This document shows positions 36,811 through 46,904 of a stretch of DNA of 64,000 bases, piece after piece. A program made the translations under genes and the position numbers. The stretch spans positions 85,841 to 149,840 of the forward strand of contig CAVWON010000007.1 in NCBI GenBank assembly GCA_963756685.1, read 5' to 3'. The DNA is from an uncultured Acidobacteriaceae bacterium. GTDB taxonomy: Bacteria; Acidobacteriota; Terriglobia; Terriglobales; Acidobacteriaceae. The first letter of the stretch is position 1, and each line of letters starts with the position of its first letter. Below the pieces are notes generated by a model, which ran no database searches, had not been told where the DNA came from, and worked only from the letters and a program-made list of their open reading frames with translations.

Positions 36811-37211
36811 AAGGTAATCTGCGGTTCGCCTGTTTTCATCTCTATATCCAGTATATCGGTTTGGGCATAACTAAAATGCCACTCGGAAGTTATTGTCTGG
36901 CAATGGGTTAGGTGGTTTTTGGGCTTGACATGCCGTTTTTGGGTGGAAAATGGCAAAAGAAAAAACAACTGCAACGCAAAGCCAATGGATTCAGCGGCTT
37001 CGCCCGTCGGCTATTCGACGGGCCTTCGGCAGGGCGAATGTTGTGGAGGGGGCTTGGGCTGTGCCCAGCGCAGAGGCAGGAGGAGGGGCCATTGAGGTCG
37101 GTCAATTCTTTGCCGATTTACTCGTAGTTCTGCCAATGGTCGAGGCGAGAAAAGATAGGTTATTCTCCCGGTCATAGAACGCGTCCGGTCGATTGATGAC
37201 GATATTTCGAA

Positions 37212-38036
37212 GTGAAACCGACCTTGAGAAAGACTGCAGCCGGAGGCATTTTGAATGGAACCCCTACATCCAGCCTCGCGGCCAGCGCGCCGCGGAATAT
37301 GGCGGCCCACCCGAAATCGCGTACTTGCGGCTTGATGTGGCCCAGCAAATGGAGAGGCCGCGCGGTCGGACTTGCGCTTGTGACGTTCGTCGCGATGTCT
37401 TTCGCACAAGAGACGACCCATACAGCGAACCAGCCGGAGGTGCCTGCGGTGAACACGCAACTTCCGGTCAACTGGCTTTACGGTGCGTACGTACCGAAGG
37501 ACGTCCCGCTTGTGGCGTTGAATGGAAAAGAGCGGTTCAAGCTTTATATTCGCCAGACCTACACGACGCCGGGCATTTATATCAAGACCGGATTCTTTGC
37601 TGTGCACGATCAGGTCAGGAACACGCCGCCGGAGTGGGGAGATGGTTTTTCGGGCTTCGCGAAACGCGTGGGTGACAATCAAGCGATCAACATTATTCAG
37701 AACTCTTTTACTTCGCTTGGTCAGGGGGTGGTTGGTTGGGAGCCTCGCTATGACCGTTGCCGGTGCACGGGAGGGTGGCTACGCTTTCGTCACGCCTTCC
37801 TCAGAAACTTCATAACATATGGCGGCGACGAACAATCGAAGAGGCCAAATATTATGCCGTTTGCGGCCGCATTCGGTGCGGGAGCGATCGGTGCGACCTG
37901 GAACCCAGGCAATCCCACAATTACGGTCAAGGGGTATCAGAGCGCAATCACGCAAGCCTGGGTGGGAGTGCTCACCAACGCCATCGGTGAATTTGCGCCT
38001 GACGTAAAGAAGAAACTAACTAAGCACAAGGATTGA
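37212..38036 (+). CDS. Hypothetical exported protein (true start probably later)
   Basis: Signal-like GLALVTFVAMSFA; PPEWGDG..GFAKR and EPRYDRCRCTG motifs. Confidence 0.7.
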   Translation: MKPTLRKTAAGGILNGTPTSSLAASAPRNMAAHPKSRTCGLMWPSKWRGRAVGLALVTFVAMSFAQETTHTANQPEVPAVNTQLPVNWLYGAYVPKDVPLVALNGKERFKLYIRQTYTTPGIYIKTGFFAVHDQVRNTPPEWGDGFSGFAKRVGDNQAINIIQNSFTSLGQGVVGWEPRYDRCRCTGGWLRFRHAFLRNFITYGGDEQSKRPNIMPFAAAFGAGAIGATWNPGNPTITVKGYQSAITQAWVGVLTNAIGEFAPDVKKKLTKHKD

Positions 38037-38321
38037 TCTTTGAGATGCTGTTGTCCCTGGACGATGAAACCGTCCGCCGCTTCTCAGATAACGATTCCGG
38101 GATGCGTCAGGTATTCACGCGTGCTCATCTTTTCGCTTCAGGCGCGCTCCGGCCTGGTGAAGTTGTTTTTGGCAACTGGTGCGCTGCCGATCGTTTCTGC
38201 GTGCTAGACTTTCGGTCTGCCTATGACTGCCTGAATCTGATGTGCGTGTTGCGGTTGTGCTCCGGAGTTGTCTGGCCGGGCTGTGCCTTCCTGCTTCATC
38301 CACCTGTTCAGGAGATTCCCC

Positions 38322-38870
38322 ATGTCAGTTTTATTGCGTGACGATATCGTTACGGCCCGCCTTTCCCTGATTGCTATAACGCCTGAGATGCTGTTGTCGG
38401 AGAAGAACGGCGATGGGCGTCTTGGCGAACTTATTCAATGTGTCATTCCAGAGAACTGGCCTCTGACAGATTGGGAGCCGCATGTTTACGATTTTCTGCT
38501 GAACCAGCTTGCGGAGCATCCGGAGCAGCTTGGATGGCCGCGTTATGTGGGCTTTGTTCCTCCGGGTGGGCGGCGGCGTACTTTGATTGGCTCGGTTGGC
38601 GCGTTTACCAAGGCGGAGAGACCGTCAGAGTGTGAGATCGGGTATGGGATTCTGGCGCCGTATGAGGGTCGCGGATTTGCTACGGAGGCGGCCCGGGCGC
38701 TGATTGAGCATGTTCGTGCGGACGAACGGATCGAAAGCGTGATCGCGCATACGTTCCCGTCGTTGCCGGGGTCGATGCGGGTGATGGAGAAGTGCGGGAT
38801 GGTCTTCGATGGGGACGGGGAGGAGGCGGGGACGATTCGGTATCGGCTGAGAGTGCGGGATTCGGGGTAG
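38322..38870 (+). CDS. GNAT (RimJ/RimL-like) N-acetyltransferase
   Basis: TARLSL, EIGYGI...YEGRGFATEA and S.RVMEKCGM motifs. Confidence 0.9.
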   Translation: MSVLLRDDIVTARLSLIAITPEMLLSEKNGDGRLGELIQCVIPENWPLTDWEPHVYDFLLNQLAEHPEQLGWPRYVGFVPPGGRRRTLIGSVGAFTKAERPSECEIGYGILAPYEGRGFATEAARALIEHVRADERIESVIAHTFPSLPGSMRVMEKCGMVFDGDGEEAGTIRYRLRVRDSG

Positions 38871-38888
38871 GGCCCGGTGAGGCTAAAT

Positions 38889-39085
38889 GCAACAGCAGGC
38901 CCTCCGCCTGCGGCGAAGGATGACAACCAAGAAACAGACAACGGCAAAAGCAACAGCGGATCCTCCGCCTGCGGCGAAGGACGCAACTAAGAAACAGACA
39001 ACGACAAAAGCAACCGCAGGTCCCTACGGGATGACAACAAAAAAGGCAACCGCAGATCCCTACGGGATGACAACAAAAAAGGCAA
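38889..39085. repeat. Tandem CGTC/TGTC-type REP array (two ~60-bp units and two 36-bp units)
   Basis: CCTCCGCCTGCGGCGAAGGA twice; GCAACCGCAGRTCCCTACGGGATGACAACAAAAAAG twice. Confidence 0.85.
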
Positions 39086-39102
39086 CGCGAGGAGGTACGG
39101 GG

Positions 39103-40143
39103 TTAGTTGTCGGGGCCGAGGGCGTCGGCCATGGCGTAGTAGCCTTTGCGGGCCTGGATCTTTTCGCCGGGCTGGCAGGTGATGTTAAGGGTGCGGAAGG
39201 TGCCGTCGATCTTGGGGTTGGTGGGGGTGTAGCTGGCGAGGTATTGGGTGCGGAGCTCGTCCTGGATCTGCTCGAAGGCCTCCTCCAGCTTCTTGCCGTT
39301 GTTGCCAACGTTGATGACGCGGCCGCCGGTCTCGGAGGCGAGACGCTCCATGTCACGGGCGCCGGTGTCAGCAAGGTTGATGCCGCCGAAGCCCCCGCCG
39401 TAGAAGCTGCGGTCGGCGATGAGGATGACGTAGACGATGGCGTTGGCCTTCTGGGCGGCCTCGGTGGCGGTCTTGAGGTTCTCCTGCGAGCCCTGGTCGC
39501 CGCCGTCGGTGAGGAGGACGAGGATTTTGCGGCCGGCCTCCTGGCGAAGCTTCTCGTGGGCGGCGAGGTAGACGGCGTCGAAGAGCAGGGTGCCGCGAGC
39601 AGTGCCGTTGCCGGTGACGGAGCCGGTGCCGGCGCCGGTGTTGATCACGGCGCTATCCATGGCACGCCTTATTTCGCGGGGGCTGTTGGTGTAGTCGGCG
39701 AGGAGGTTGACGTTAATGTCGAAGGAGATAAGGAAGGCCTCGTCCTTGGGGGTGAGGACGTCCTTGAGGAACTCGGCGCCGGACTGCTGCTCGAGGGGGA
39801 GGACGTTGATCTGGCTGCCGCTGGTGTCGAGGAGGATGCCGATGGTGAGAGGGAGGTTTTTTTCCTGGGTGAAGTTCTTGGTCTTCTGGAGGCCCTTGTC
39901 CTCGTAGATGCTGCAGTCGTCCTTGTGGAGGTTGGTGATGTAGCCGCTCTTGTCGCGGACGGAGAAGTAGACGTTGACGAGGTTGACGTTGACTTTGAGG
40001 GTCTGGACGTCGCCGATGTCGACGGGCTGGGCTTCGGCTTTGCTGGCGGGAGGCGGGCCACCGGGGGAGGGTGCCTCCTGCGCGTGGAGGAAGGGGGCGA
40101 GCGCAAGGGAGAGGACGGCGGGGACGAGGCGGAGAGAGCGCAT
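39103..40143 (-). CDS. Secreted VWA-domain protein (acidobacterial type)
   Basis: LKVNVNLVNV, MIDAS motif DTSGS, LTDGGD, ETGG and ELRTQY..SYTP..DGTFR. Confidence 0.9.
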   Translation of the reverse strand: MRSLRLVPAVLSLALAPFLHAQEAPSPGGPPPASKAEAQPVDIGDVQTLKVNVNLVNVYFSVRDKSGYITNLHKDDCSIYEDKGLQKTKNFTQEKNLPLTIGILLDTSGSQINVLPLEQQSGAEFLKDVLTPKDEAFLISFDINVNLLADYTNSPREIRRAMDSAVINTGAGTGSVTGNGTARGTLLFDAVYLAAHEKLRQEAGRKILVLLTDGGDQGSQENLKTATEAAQKANAIVYVILIADRSFYGGGFGGINLADTGARDMERLASETGGRVINVGNNGKKLEEAFEQIQDELRTQYLASYTPTNPKIDGTFRTLNITCQPGEKIQARKGYYAMADALGPDN

Positions 40144-40349
40144 ACTCCATTAGACGACGAAGTTGAGGCTGAGTTTGAGGAAAAATGGGGCCCGAAGGGG
40201 GGAGTTGGTGCTACGGCTGGCGCGGGAAGGTGCGTCCAAGGAGGTGAGCTGTCAATTTATGAGGATGGCGGCGGGGGTGGCGCGCTGGTAGTCTAGTAGC
40301 TGGTAAAGCTTTGGGCGCTGGAAGCCTGGCTGGAGTAAGGGAGATTCGC

Positions 40350-41694
40350 GTGGTGAGTAAGAGCGTATTGGCAGGGGCCCTAGTGTGCATGATGCTTGGA
40401 CAGCCGGGACAGGGGCTGGCGCAGCAAAGTGCACCGCAGCAGCCGCTTCCGGATGGGCCCAAGCCGCAGACGATTCCCGATGCACCTAAGCCGCAGACAC
40501 TGCCGACGGAGCCGGTGACGCCGGGCCGGGGAACGACGCTGGATACACCTGGGGGCAGTTCTACTTCCGACGACGCGGCGGTGCCCAACAAGCTGCCCGA
40601 GACGGCGGCACAGAAGGTCGATGACGGAAAGGAACCTGACATTCCCCCTGCGGGAGAAGGGCCGGTATATGTGATCCATACCGGCGTGAATTTCGTCGAG
40701 ATACCGTTCACGGTGAAGGACAACAAAGGCAAGGAGGTGCCCGGGGCTGACGTGGCGTGATGTTCGGGTGTATGAGAACAATTTGCGGCAACAGCTGAGC
40801 CTGTTTACGACCGATGCATTTCCGTTGTCGGTGGCGCTGGTGATCGACCAGAGCCTGGGCTTCGACAATATGACCAAGGTGAACAACTCCCTGGGTGCGC
40901 TGCAGGGAGCGTTTACGGCATACGATTCGGTGGCGCTGTTTACGTACAACAACGGGCCGCGGCTGGTGACGGACTTTACGGCCGGACCAAGCGCGCGGCT
41001 GACGCAGGCGCTGGAGCGCTCGAAGTCTACCGGTCGCGAGATGGTGTATTACAGCACCGGTCCACTGTCGCAGAACATCAACATCAACAACAATGCGGAT
41101 AGCTACATTGATCCGAACACAAATTCGTCGCATGGCCGGAGCATTCTGGGGATCCAGAACCCTCCCAGAGAGGTGCATACGCTGAACGATGCGATCCTGG
41201 CGGCGGCGACGGCGTTGGCAAAGACGCCCACGGGACGACGGAGAATTATCTTTGTCATCAGCGACGGCAAGGAGTATGGCAGCACGGCGAAGTTTTCAGA
41301 GGTCGTGAAGATCCTGAACACGAACAAGATCGCTGTGTTCGGAACGTTGGTGGGAGAATCTGCGCTACCGGTCACTGGCTTTTTGGACCGGATGCATCTG
41401 CCGCTGACGATGCGGGACAATATTCTGCCGGCGTATGCGAACGCCACCGGCGGAAACTTTGACAGTGAGTTCAGGCAGGGGGCAATCGAGGCGAGCTTCG
41501 CCAAGATCGCCGAAGAGGTGCGGACGCAATATACGATCGGGTACTACACGCATGAGCCGTTCATCGATGGCAAGTACCGGCAGATCGAGGTGAAGGTGCT
41601 GCGTCCCAACCTGACTGTGATCGCGAAGAAGGGCTACTATCCGACGGCAGAGGGCGCGACGCCGGCACCGAGTGTTACGCCGATGGCGAAGTAG
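40350..41694 (+). CDS. Secreted VWA-domain protein (acidobacterial type); frameshifted near 40745
   Basis: Pro-rich N-terminus, VNFVEIPFTVKD, IDQS, ISDG, ATGG and RTQYTIGY..DGKYR motifs. Confidence 0.88.
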
Positions 41695-41731
41695 AGCTGC
41701 CCGTGGCCCGCTGAGGCCGGATCGGAATTGA

Positions 41732-42619
41732 ATGGAGATGCTGTTGCACGGGAATGCGCTGCTGGCGCTGGCTGCCGCAGTGTTGTGGGGTGGTGGGGAT
41801 TTTTCCGGCGGCATGAGCGTGAAGACGGCAGGCGGCACGATGGGTGCGGCGCTGCGGGTGATTGTGCTGAGCCATACGGTGAGCCTTGGGGTCCTGCTGG
41901 CGGCGGTGTGGTGGCGGGGAGACGGGTTTCCGCATGGGGCGCCGCTGGCGTGGGGGTTGGTGGCCGGAGCGACGGCGGGGATCGCGCTGGCTTGTTTCTA
42001 CGTGGCGCTGTCGCGGGGGGCGATGGGGGCTTCGGCCGCGTTGAGTGGGTTGCTGGCTGCGGCGATTCCGGCGGCAGTGTCGGCGAGCGCGGAGGGTTCG
42101 CCGGGGCTGATGCGTACGGTGGGGTTTCTGGTGGCGGGGATGGCGATCTGGTTGATCGCGGCAGGGCCGAACCCCGAGGCGAAGCCAGCCGATCGGGGCA
42201 CGGTATGGCTGGCGGTGGCGGGTGGCGTGGGATTCGGAGTGTATTTTGTGGCGCTGAAGTTTGCGGGAACGGCGGGGGTGATCTGGCCGCTGGCTACGGC
42301 CAGGATGGGGAGTCTGACGGTGTGTTCGCTGCTGGTGGGTGGGACGGCCCTCGGGGCCAGGGAAGGTGGGGCGAGGTTTCGGTTGACGCGGGTGGTTGTG
42401 GGCTGGGCGATGGGCGCGGCCCTGCTGGATACGTCGGGGAATCTGCTGTTCATTATGGCGACGCGCGCGGGACGGCTGGACGTTGCGGCGGTGCTGGCTT
42501 CGCTTTATCCGGCGTCGACGATTCTGCTGGCGGCCTGGACGCTGCATGAGCGGCCTACGCGGCGACAGGGACTGGGGATGGCGGCGGCGGCGGCGGCCGT
42601 GGTGATGATTACTGTTTAG
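41732..42619 (+). CDS. DMT/EamA-family transporter
   Basis: About 10 TM segments; WGGGDFSGG and VLASLYPASTILLA...LHER motifs. Confidence 0.85.
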   Translation: MEMLLHGNALLALAAAVLWGGGDFSGGMSVKTAGGTMGAALRVIVLSHTVSLGVLLAAVWWRGDGFPHGAPLAWGLVAGATAGIALACFYVALSRGAMGASAALSGLLAAAIPAAVSASAEGSPGLMRTVGFLVAGMAIWLIAAGPNPEAKPADRGTVWLAVAGGVGFGVYFVALKFAGTAGVIWPLATARMGSLTVCSLLVGGTALGAREGGARFRLTRVVVGWAMGAALLDTSGNLLFIMATRAGRLDVAAVLASLYPASTILLAAWTLHERPTRRQGLGMAAAAAAVVMITV

Positions 42620-42663
42620 GGCGGTTGGAATGTGAGTCGTCGGCGCGCGGGCGATCGAGGTGG

Positions 42664-42829
42664 AAAAGCGGGTTTCTCCACTGCGCGCCTCACGATGAAA
42701 CTATGAGACGCTTCGGTCGAAATGACAGGTTTGGGGACTGGCGAGAGGACAGACAAAAGCAAAGGCAGAGCGGGGTCTCTCCACTACGCGCTCACGATGA
42801 GACTGTGAGTGGCTTCGGTCGGGATGACG
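42664..42829. repeat. Two CGTC-type repeats
   Basis: TCTCCACTRCGCG..TCACGATGARACTRTGAG..GCTTCGGTCGRRATGAC twice between convergent genes. Confidence 0.75.
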
Positions 42830-42872
42830 CGATGTCGAGGTAGCCAAAAAACGAAGAGGAGGAACCGCGCAC

Positions 42873-43679
42873 CTAGAGCTTGATGGTGGTGGCGTCGACG
42901 GTGGGCTTAGGGTATTTGAGCTTGAGGCCCGCCATGAGCTCGACGATGATCGCGGAGATAGCGATGTTGCGATACCACTTGTTATCGGAGGGAATGACAA
43001 ACCAGGGAGCGTGTTTGTGGCTGGTAGTGGAGAGGACGTGATCGTAGGCGTCCATGTAACGAGGCCAGAACTGGCGCTCGTGAATGTCGGCGTCGGAGAG
43101 CTTCCAGTTTTTCTTTGTGTCGTCGATGCGGGACTGCAGGCGGCGGGTCTGCTCGTCGCGGGAGATGTGGAGGTAGAACTTGAGGATGAGGACGTCGTTG
43201 TCGGCCAGCATGCTCTCAAAGCCGTTGATGTCGTCGAGGTGTCGTAGCGCGACCTTTTTCGAGATGAGGCCGTGGACGCGGGGAGAGAGGACGTCTTCGT
43301 AGTGGGAGCGGTTGAAGATGCCGATCATGCCGCGGGGTGGGACCTGAACGTGGGCGCGCCAGAGAAAGTCGTGCCGGGCCTCGAGCGGAGTGGGCACTTT
43401 GAAGGAGGCAACGTCGCAACCTTGCGGGTTGATGCCGGAGAAGATGTGGCTGATGGTGCCGTCTTTGCCGGCGGTGTCCATGCCCTGGAGGACGACGAGC
43501 AGCGCCTTTGTCTGGCTGGCGTAGAAGACGTCCTGAAGGCCTGCAAGGAGAGAGCGGTGCTTGGCCAGAACCGGTTTGGCGATCTCCTCGGACTTGTAGT
43601 CGCCGGTATCGGAGGACGATATTTTGCTGAGCCGAACCTTGGTGTTCGGCTTGACGAGGTAAGGCGACTTAATTTTCAT
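42873..43679 (-). CDS. ppk2: Polyphosphate kinase 2 family
   Basis: QGMDTAGKDG Walker A, HDFLWR, FNRSHYE and APWFVIPSDNKW motifs. Confidence 0.93.
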   Translation of the reverse strand: MKIKSPYLVKPNTKVRLSKISSSDTGDYKSEEIAKPVLAKHRSLLAGLQDVFYASQTKALLVVLQGMDTAGKDGTISHIFSGINPQGCDVASFKVPTPLEARHDFLWRAHVQVPPRGMIGIFNRSHYEDVLSPRVHGLISKKVALRHLDDINGFESMLADNDVLILKFYLHISRDEQTRRLQSRIDDTKKNWKLSDADIHERQFWPRYMDAYDHVLSTTSHKHAPWFVIPSDNKWYRNIAISAIIVELMAGLKLKYPKPTVDATTIKL

Positions 43680-43740
43680 GAGGCGGTGCTCGTCGACTCG
43701 AGGCTATGGCAGCGGTGAATGGGAGGCGCGTGTGTCCGGC

Positions 43741-43953
43741 TTACTTGACTGATTCTTCAGGCTTCGGAGTGACCGTGTGAGCGGTTTCGCCGGGCTTGTT
43801 AACGTCGTCGGAGACGCCCTTCAGACCGTCCTTGAATCCTTTGTAGCCTTCACCGAGGCCTTTGCCGAGCTCCGGCAGCTTCTTACCGCCAAACAGAACG
43901 AGGACGACAACCGCAATGACGATGAGATGTGTTGGTGTAAATAGTTCGCCCAT
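43741..43953 (-). CDS. tatA: Twin-arginine translocase TatA/E
   Basis: LIVIAVVVLVLFGGKKLPELGKGLG. Confidence 0.92.
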   Translation of the reverse strand: MGELFTPTHLIVIAVVVLVLFGGKKLPELGKGLGEGYKGFKDGLKGVSDDVNKPGETAHTVTPKPEESVK

Positions 43954-44156
43954 ACTGTTTCTCCCTGCAGCCGTATATTGCACGGCGGCTGCCACCCATT
44001 ATTGTCGCACAAGTGCGGTCTGGAGATAGATACGTTGGGACGGGCGAGGCAGATGTGGGCCGAACGTTATATCTTGGTAACTGACGGAAATTCAGGAGCA
44101 GATGCTGGACGGGGCCGGATGCAGTAAGAGGCCGGCGCTGGAAGACACGGAGACGG

Positions 44157-44942
44157 ATGTTGCGATTGAAGACGATTGGTGAATCAAGAAGTACAGGGGC
44201 GCGGCGAACGGGCAATCGCGCGGTAGCAGTTCTGGCGGCAGGCTTTCTGATGGCAGGTGCGGCACAGGGACAGACGCAGGGTACGGTGGCGTCTCCGACA
44301 ACGCAAACGACGGTCCCGATCACATCGTCGAAGATTGGGCCGGCGGCCCCTGTGACCTACGACAATAAGTACGAGTTTTATGGCGGGTTCGACTTCATGA
44401 ACTTCATGGCCGGGCAGAACTTGCCCAAGCGTATGAACATGGGCGGCGCGGAGGTGTCGTTCACCTACTGGCTGCCCGCGAAGAACTGGGCGAAGAACCT
44501 GGGAGCGGTAGCAGACTTTCGTTACGATGCGGGGACGACGCCGGTGTTTGCCAATGGCGGAACCACGCCGCTGTCCACGTACGGTACCGGCGTCAACGGC
44601 CGGCCTCTGGTTTCCCTGTACACCGGGATGCTGGGAGCGCAGTACCGCGGGCCAAAGAACCAGTACGTGGCGGTCAACTACCACGGGTATTTTGGCGTGT
44701 CGGCCGGCATATTCGACTACAGCTTGAACCACGTGAATCCGGGAGAGGCATCAGAGATCGGGCTGTACACGAACCGCATCAAGCCGATGGCGGCGTTGGG
44801 CGGCAGCATCGACTTCAACCTGAAGAAGAACTGGGCGATCCGATTTTCGCCGGACCTGATTCTGGAACACTTTGGAACCGAGACGCGGGAGTTTGTTGGA
44901 GTATCGGGTGGGGTGGTCTACCGGATCGGGAAGAACAAGTAA
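44157..44942 (+). CDS. Putative outer-membrane beta-barrel protein
   Basis: Signal peptide, alternating aromatic beta-strands, C-terminal SGGVVYRIG. Confidence 0.7.
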   Translation: MLRLKTIGESRSTGARRTGNRAVAVLAAGFLMAGAAQGQTQGTVASPTTQTTVPITSSKIGPAAPVTYDNKYEFYGGFDFMNFMAGQNLPKRMNMGGAEVSFTYWLPAKNWAKNLGAVADFRYDAGTTPVFANGGTTPLSTYGTGVNGRPLVSLYTGMLGAQYRGPKNQYVAVNYHGYFGVSAGIFDYSLNHVNPGEASEIGLYTNRIKPMAALGGSIDFNLKKNWAIRFSPDLILEHFGTETREFVGVSGGVVYRIGKNK

Positions 44943-44981
44943 GGCAGGGCACAGGAAATAGGGTTGGGAGTAGAAAACTGT

Positions 44982-45014
44982 AGCGGGTCGCCTGATTGGG
45001 TGGCCCGCTTTTTT
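44982..45014. terminator. Intrinsic terminator
   Basis: AGCGGGTCGCC..GGTGGCCCGCT followed by a T run. Confidence 0.7.
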
Positions 45015-45052
45015 GCTTGTGGCCGATTGAAGCAGGACAACGCAGGCCCCGT

Positions 45053-45554
45053 TTACAAATTGAGGAAATAGACGGGGGCACAGGATGCGAGCCACGCTCC
45101 GGCTTGCAGTGCCAGGACGCCCAGCGTCTGTCGTGGGGCGCGGCGCAGCCACTTGATTGCAAAGAACAGCACAATTGGCATTTGGACCGTCATCAGGAGT
45201 TGCCAGAGATGGGCGACGGTTCCTTCGTCCGGCTCGCGAACGATGCCATGCGCTCCATGAAGGATGCCGTCGATTGCAGCGATGCCAAGCGTGGTCAGGG
45301 CTGTGAGCGACATTGCGAGAGGAAGAAAAGCGCTGGGGTGTTTCAGAATGGCGCGAAAGGAATTGGGATTTGGGTCCGATGTTGGCTCCTCGAGTTGGGA
45401 CAATGCGCTCATAGAGCGCTGAACAAACGACATTTGCCGATGCCCGGAAACCACCGTCGCTGTCTTGAAGAAATTCCTCAAACTCTTTGCCAAAACGCTC
45501 TCTCCAGGCTCGTGGATAGAGGCGCGTAAGCAGGCGAGCGAGTTTCGGATTCAC
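45053..45554 (-). CDS. Small membrane protein with LLTRLYPxAWRERFG N-terminal motif (PadR-associated); frameshifted
   Basis: GTG start overlapping a TGA; N-terminus paralogous to 45627..46592; three TM segments in the 45053..45493 frame. Confidence 0.65.
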
Positions 45555-45625
45555 AGGGGTTCCAGCCTTTCCACTCCGGCCCTTGCGGCGACGGTACACC
45601 TTTGTCTTTCGGCGGCGGGCATCAT
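45551..45625 (-). CDS. Putative 24-aa mini-ORF ending in a PadR-like C-terminal tail
   Basis: MMPAAERQRCTVAARAGVERLEPL*, starting 1 nt after the upstream TAG and ending in a GTGA overlap. Confidence 0.35.
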   Translation of the reverse strand: MMPAAERQRCTVAARAGVERLEPL

Positions 45626-45626
45626 G

Positions 45627-46592
45627 CTAGTCGTTCGCCGGCCTGACGAGTGACGAGGATGAGCGAAGGACGACGATGCTGGATGCCACAAAGACACATG
45701 CACTTCCGATCCATGATACGAAGGCGGTGGTGTGCAGCGGACCAAAATACGCATGAAAGGCCGCGGTTGCGTCGAGATTTGCGATGAGTCCCCAGGCGAG
45801 AACTCCGACGGTCATAGCCGAGATCGCCACGGTCGTCACGATGCCGGGGATTCTGGCAAACTGCAGGGGACGTACCGCGATGAGGCGATGGAGAACCGTG
45901 AATCGCATTTCGTCAAACTGTGTGCGCTGGATCGCCTGATAGACGCTGATCGAACTCGCGATCAACAGAAAGACAGCCAATGCAGCCGTGAACGATCCAA
46001 GTACCCATCTCACCTGAAGTGAAGGCCAATCGGGCGATGGCGTCCAGTCCCCGAGAATGGCCCACGGTGCGGGAGCCCAATGGCCGCCCAGGACAAATGC
46101 CCCGCCGATCACCCATGTGAAGAGTATTACCGCCGCCCCCGGTGCGACCAGGAGGCGGATGAGAATGTCGCGGCGCCTCTGGGAGAGCGCGAATCGCAGC
46201 GCACCAACGATCAGCGGAATAAGCATCGCGAACGCACCCATCAGAGCGAACACGGAGCTTAGAGCGACCAGGTTCCATGCGGCAGAGAGTCCCAGGTGAG
46301 TTCGCATGGCAGTCGCCAGTGTCGAGTCGTCGATGGTTGCATAAAAGTTGAGGCCAGCCGCAATGACTGCGAGGTACGCACACAGAATGGCGGCGAGAGA
46401 TCGGGGGAGTCGGTTCATTTTCAGACCTCGCAACGGGAAGATATGTTCCGAGAGCGCAGAACGGAATACGTTTGCAGCGGTACGAAGGCTAGCATCTTCG
46501 GTTTGAAGAAGCTCCTCGAACTCTGCGCCGTAGCGCTCTCTCCAAGCAAGCGGATAGAGGCGCGTAAGCAAGTGAGCGATGCGGGGGTTCAT
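45627..46592 (-). CDS. Membrane protein with LLTRLYPxAWRERYG N-terminal motif (PadR-associated)
   Basis: ATGA overlap with padR; about 6 TM segments. Confidence 0.8.
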   Translation of the reverse strand: MNPRIAHLLTRLYPLAWRERYGAEFEELLQTEDASLRTAANVFRSALSEHIFPLRGLKMNRLPRSLAAILCAYLAVIAAGLNFYATIDDSTLATAMRTHLGLSAAWNLVALSSVFALMGAFAMLIPLIVGALRFALSQRRRDILIRLLVAPGAAVILFTWVIGGAFVLGGHWAPAPWAILGDWTPSPDWPSLQVRWVLGSFTAALAVFLLIASSISVYQAIQRTQFDEMRFTVLHRLIAVRPLQFARIPGIVTTVAISAMTVGVLAWGLIANLDATAAFHAYFGPLHTTAFVSWIGSACVFVASSIVVLRSSSSLVRPAND

Positions 46593-46884
46593 AAGGCTTC
46601 GAGCCTCTTGAGGCCAGCTTTGGTGAACTGTTGCAAGGTAGCCAGTTTTGCGCGTAGCACTCGCAGGCCTTCACCCGTGATGCGATAGGGCTGGCGACGT
46701 TTCTCTACGGGCAAAGGCTCAATCCAACCATGTTCCTCCAGACGCGCAATGGCTCCGTAGAGCGTCCCCGGACCCAGGCGGGTGCCACAAAGGCGCACAA
46801 TGTCCTCGATCATCGCGTGACCATGCTTGGCTCGCTGGCGAGGCTGGCGAGCACAAGCAATGGGGGGTCGGAATAATGGCCCAT
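46589..46884 (-). CDS. PadR-family transcriptional regulator; frameshifted near 46830
   Basis: LLVLASLA..PKHGHAM, LGPGTLYGAIARLEEHGWI and RRQPYRITGEG motifs. Confidence 0.9.
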
Positions 46885-46904
46885 TCCTGGTTCGTTTTGG
46901 TCTT

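Noticed and set aside
38041-38398. 15-bp direct repeat TGAGATGCTGTTGTC at 38041 and 38384
   Set aside because: Second copy lies within the intact GNAT coding sequence and no element lies between them; likely chance
38889-39085. Repeat array as a possible CRISPR, or as a repeat-protein N-terminus of ORF 38887..40296
   Set aside because: Units are tandem with near-identical spacers and no cas genes; the ORF is REP sequence fused to the antisense of the VWA gene
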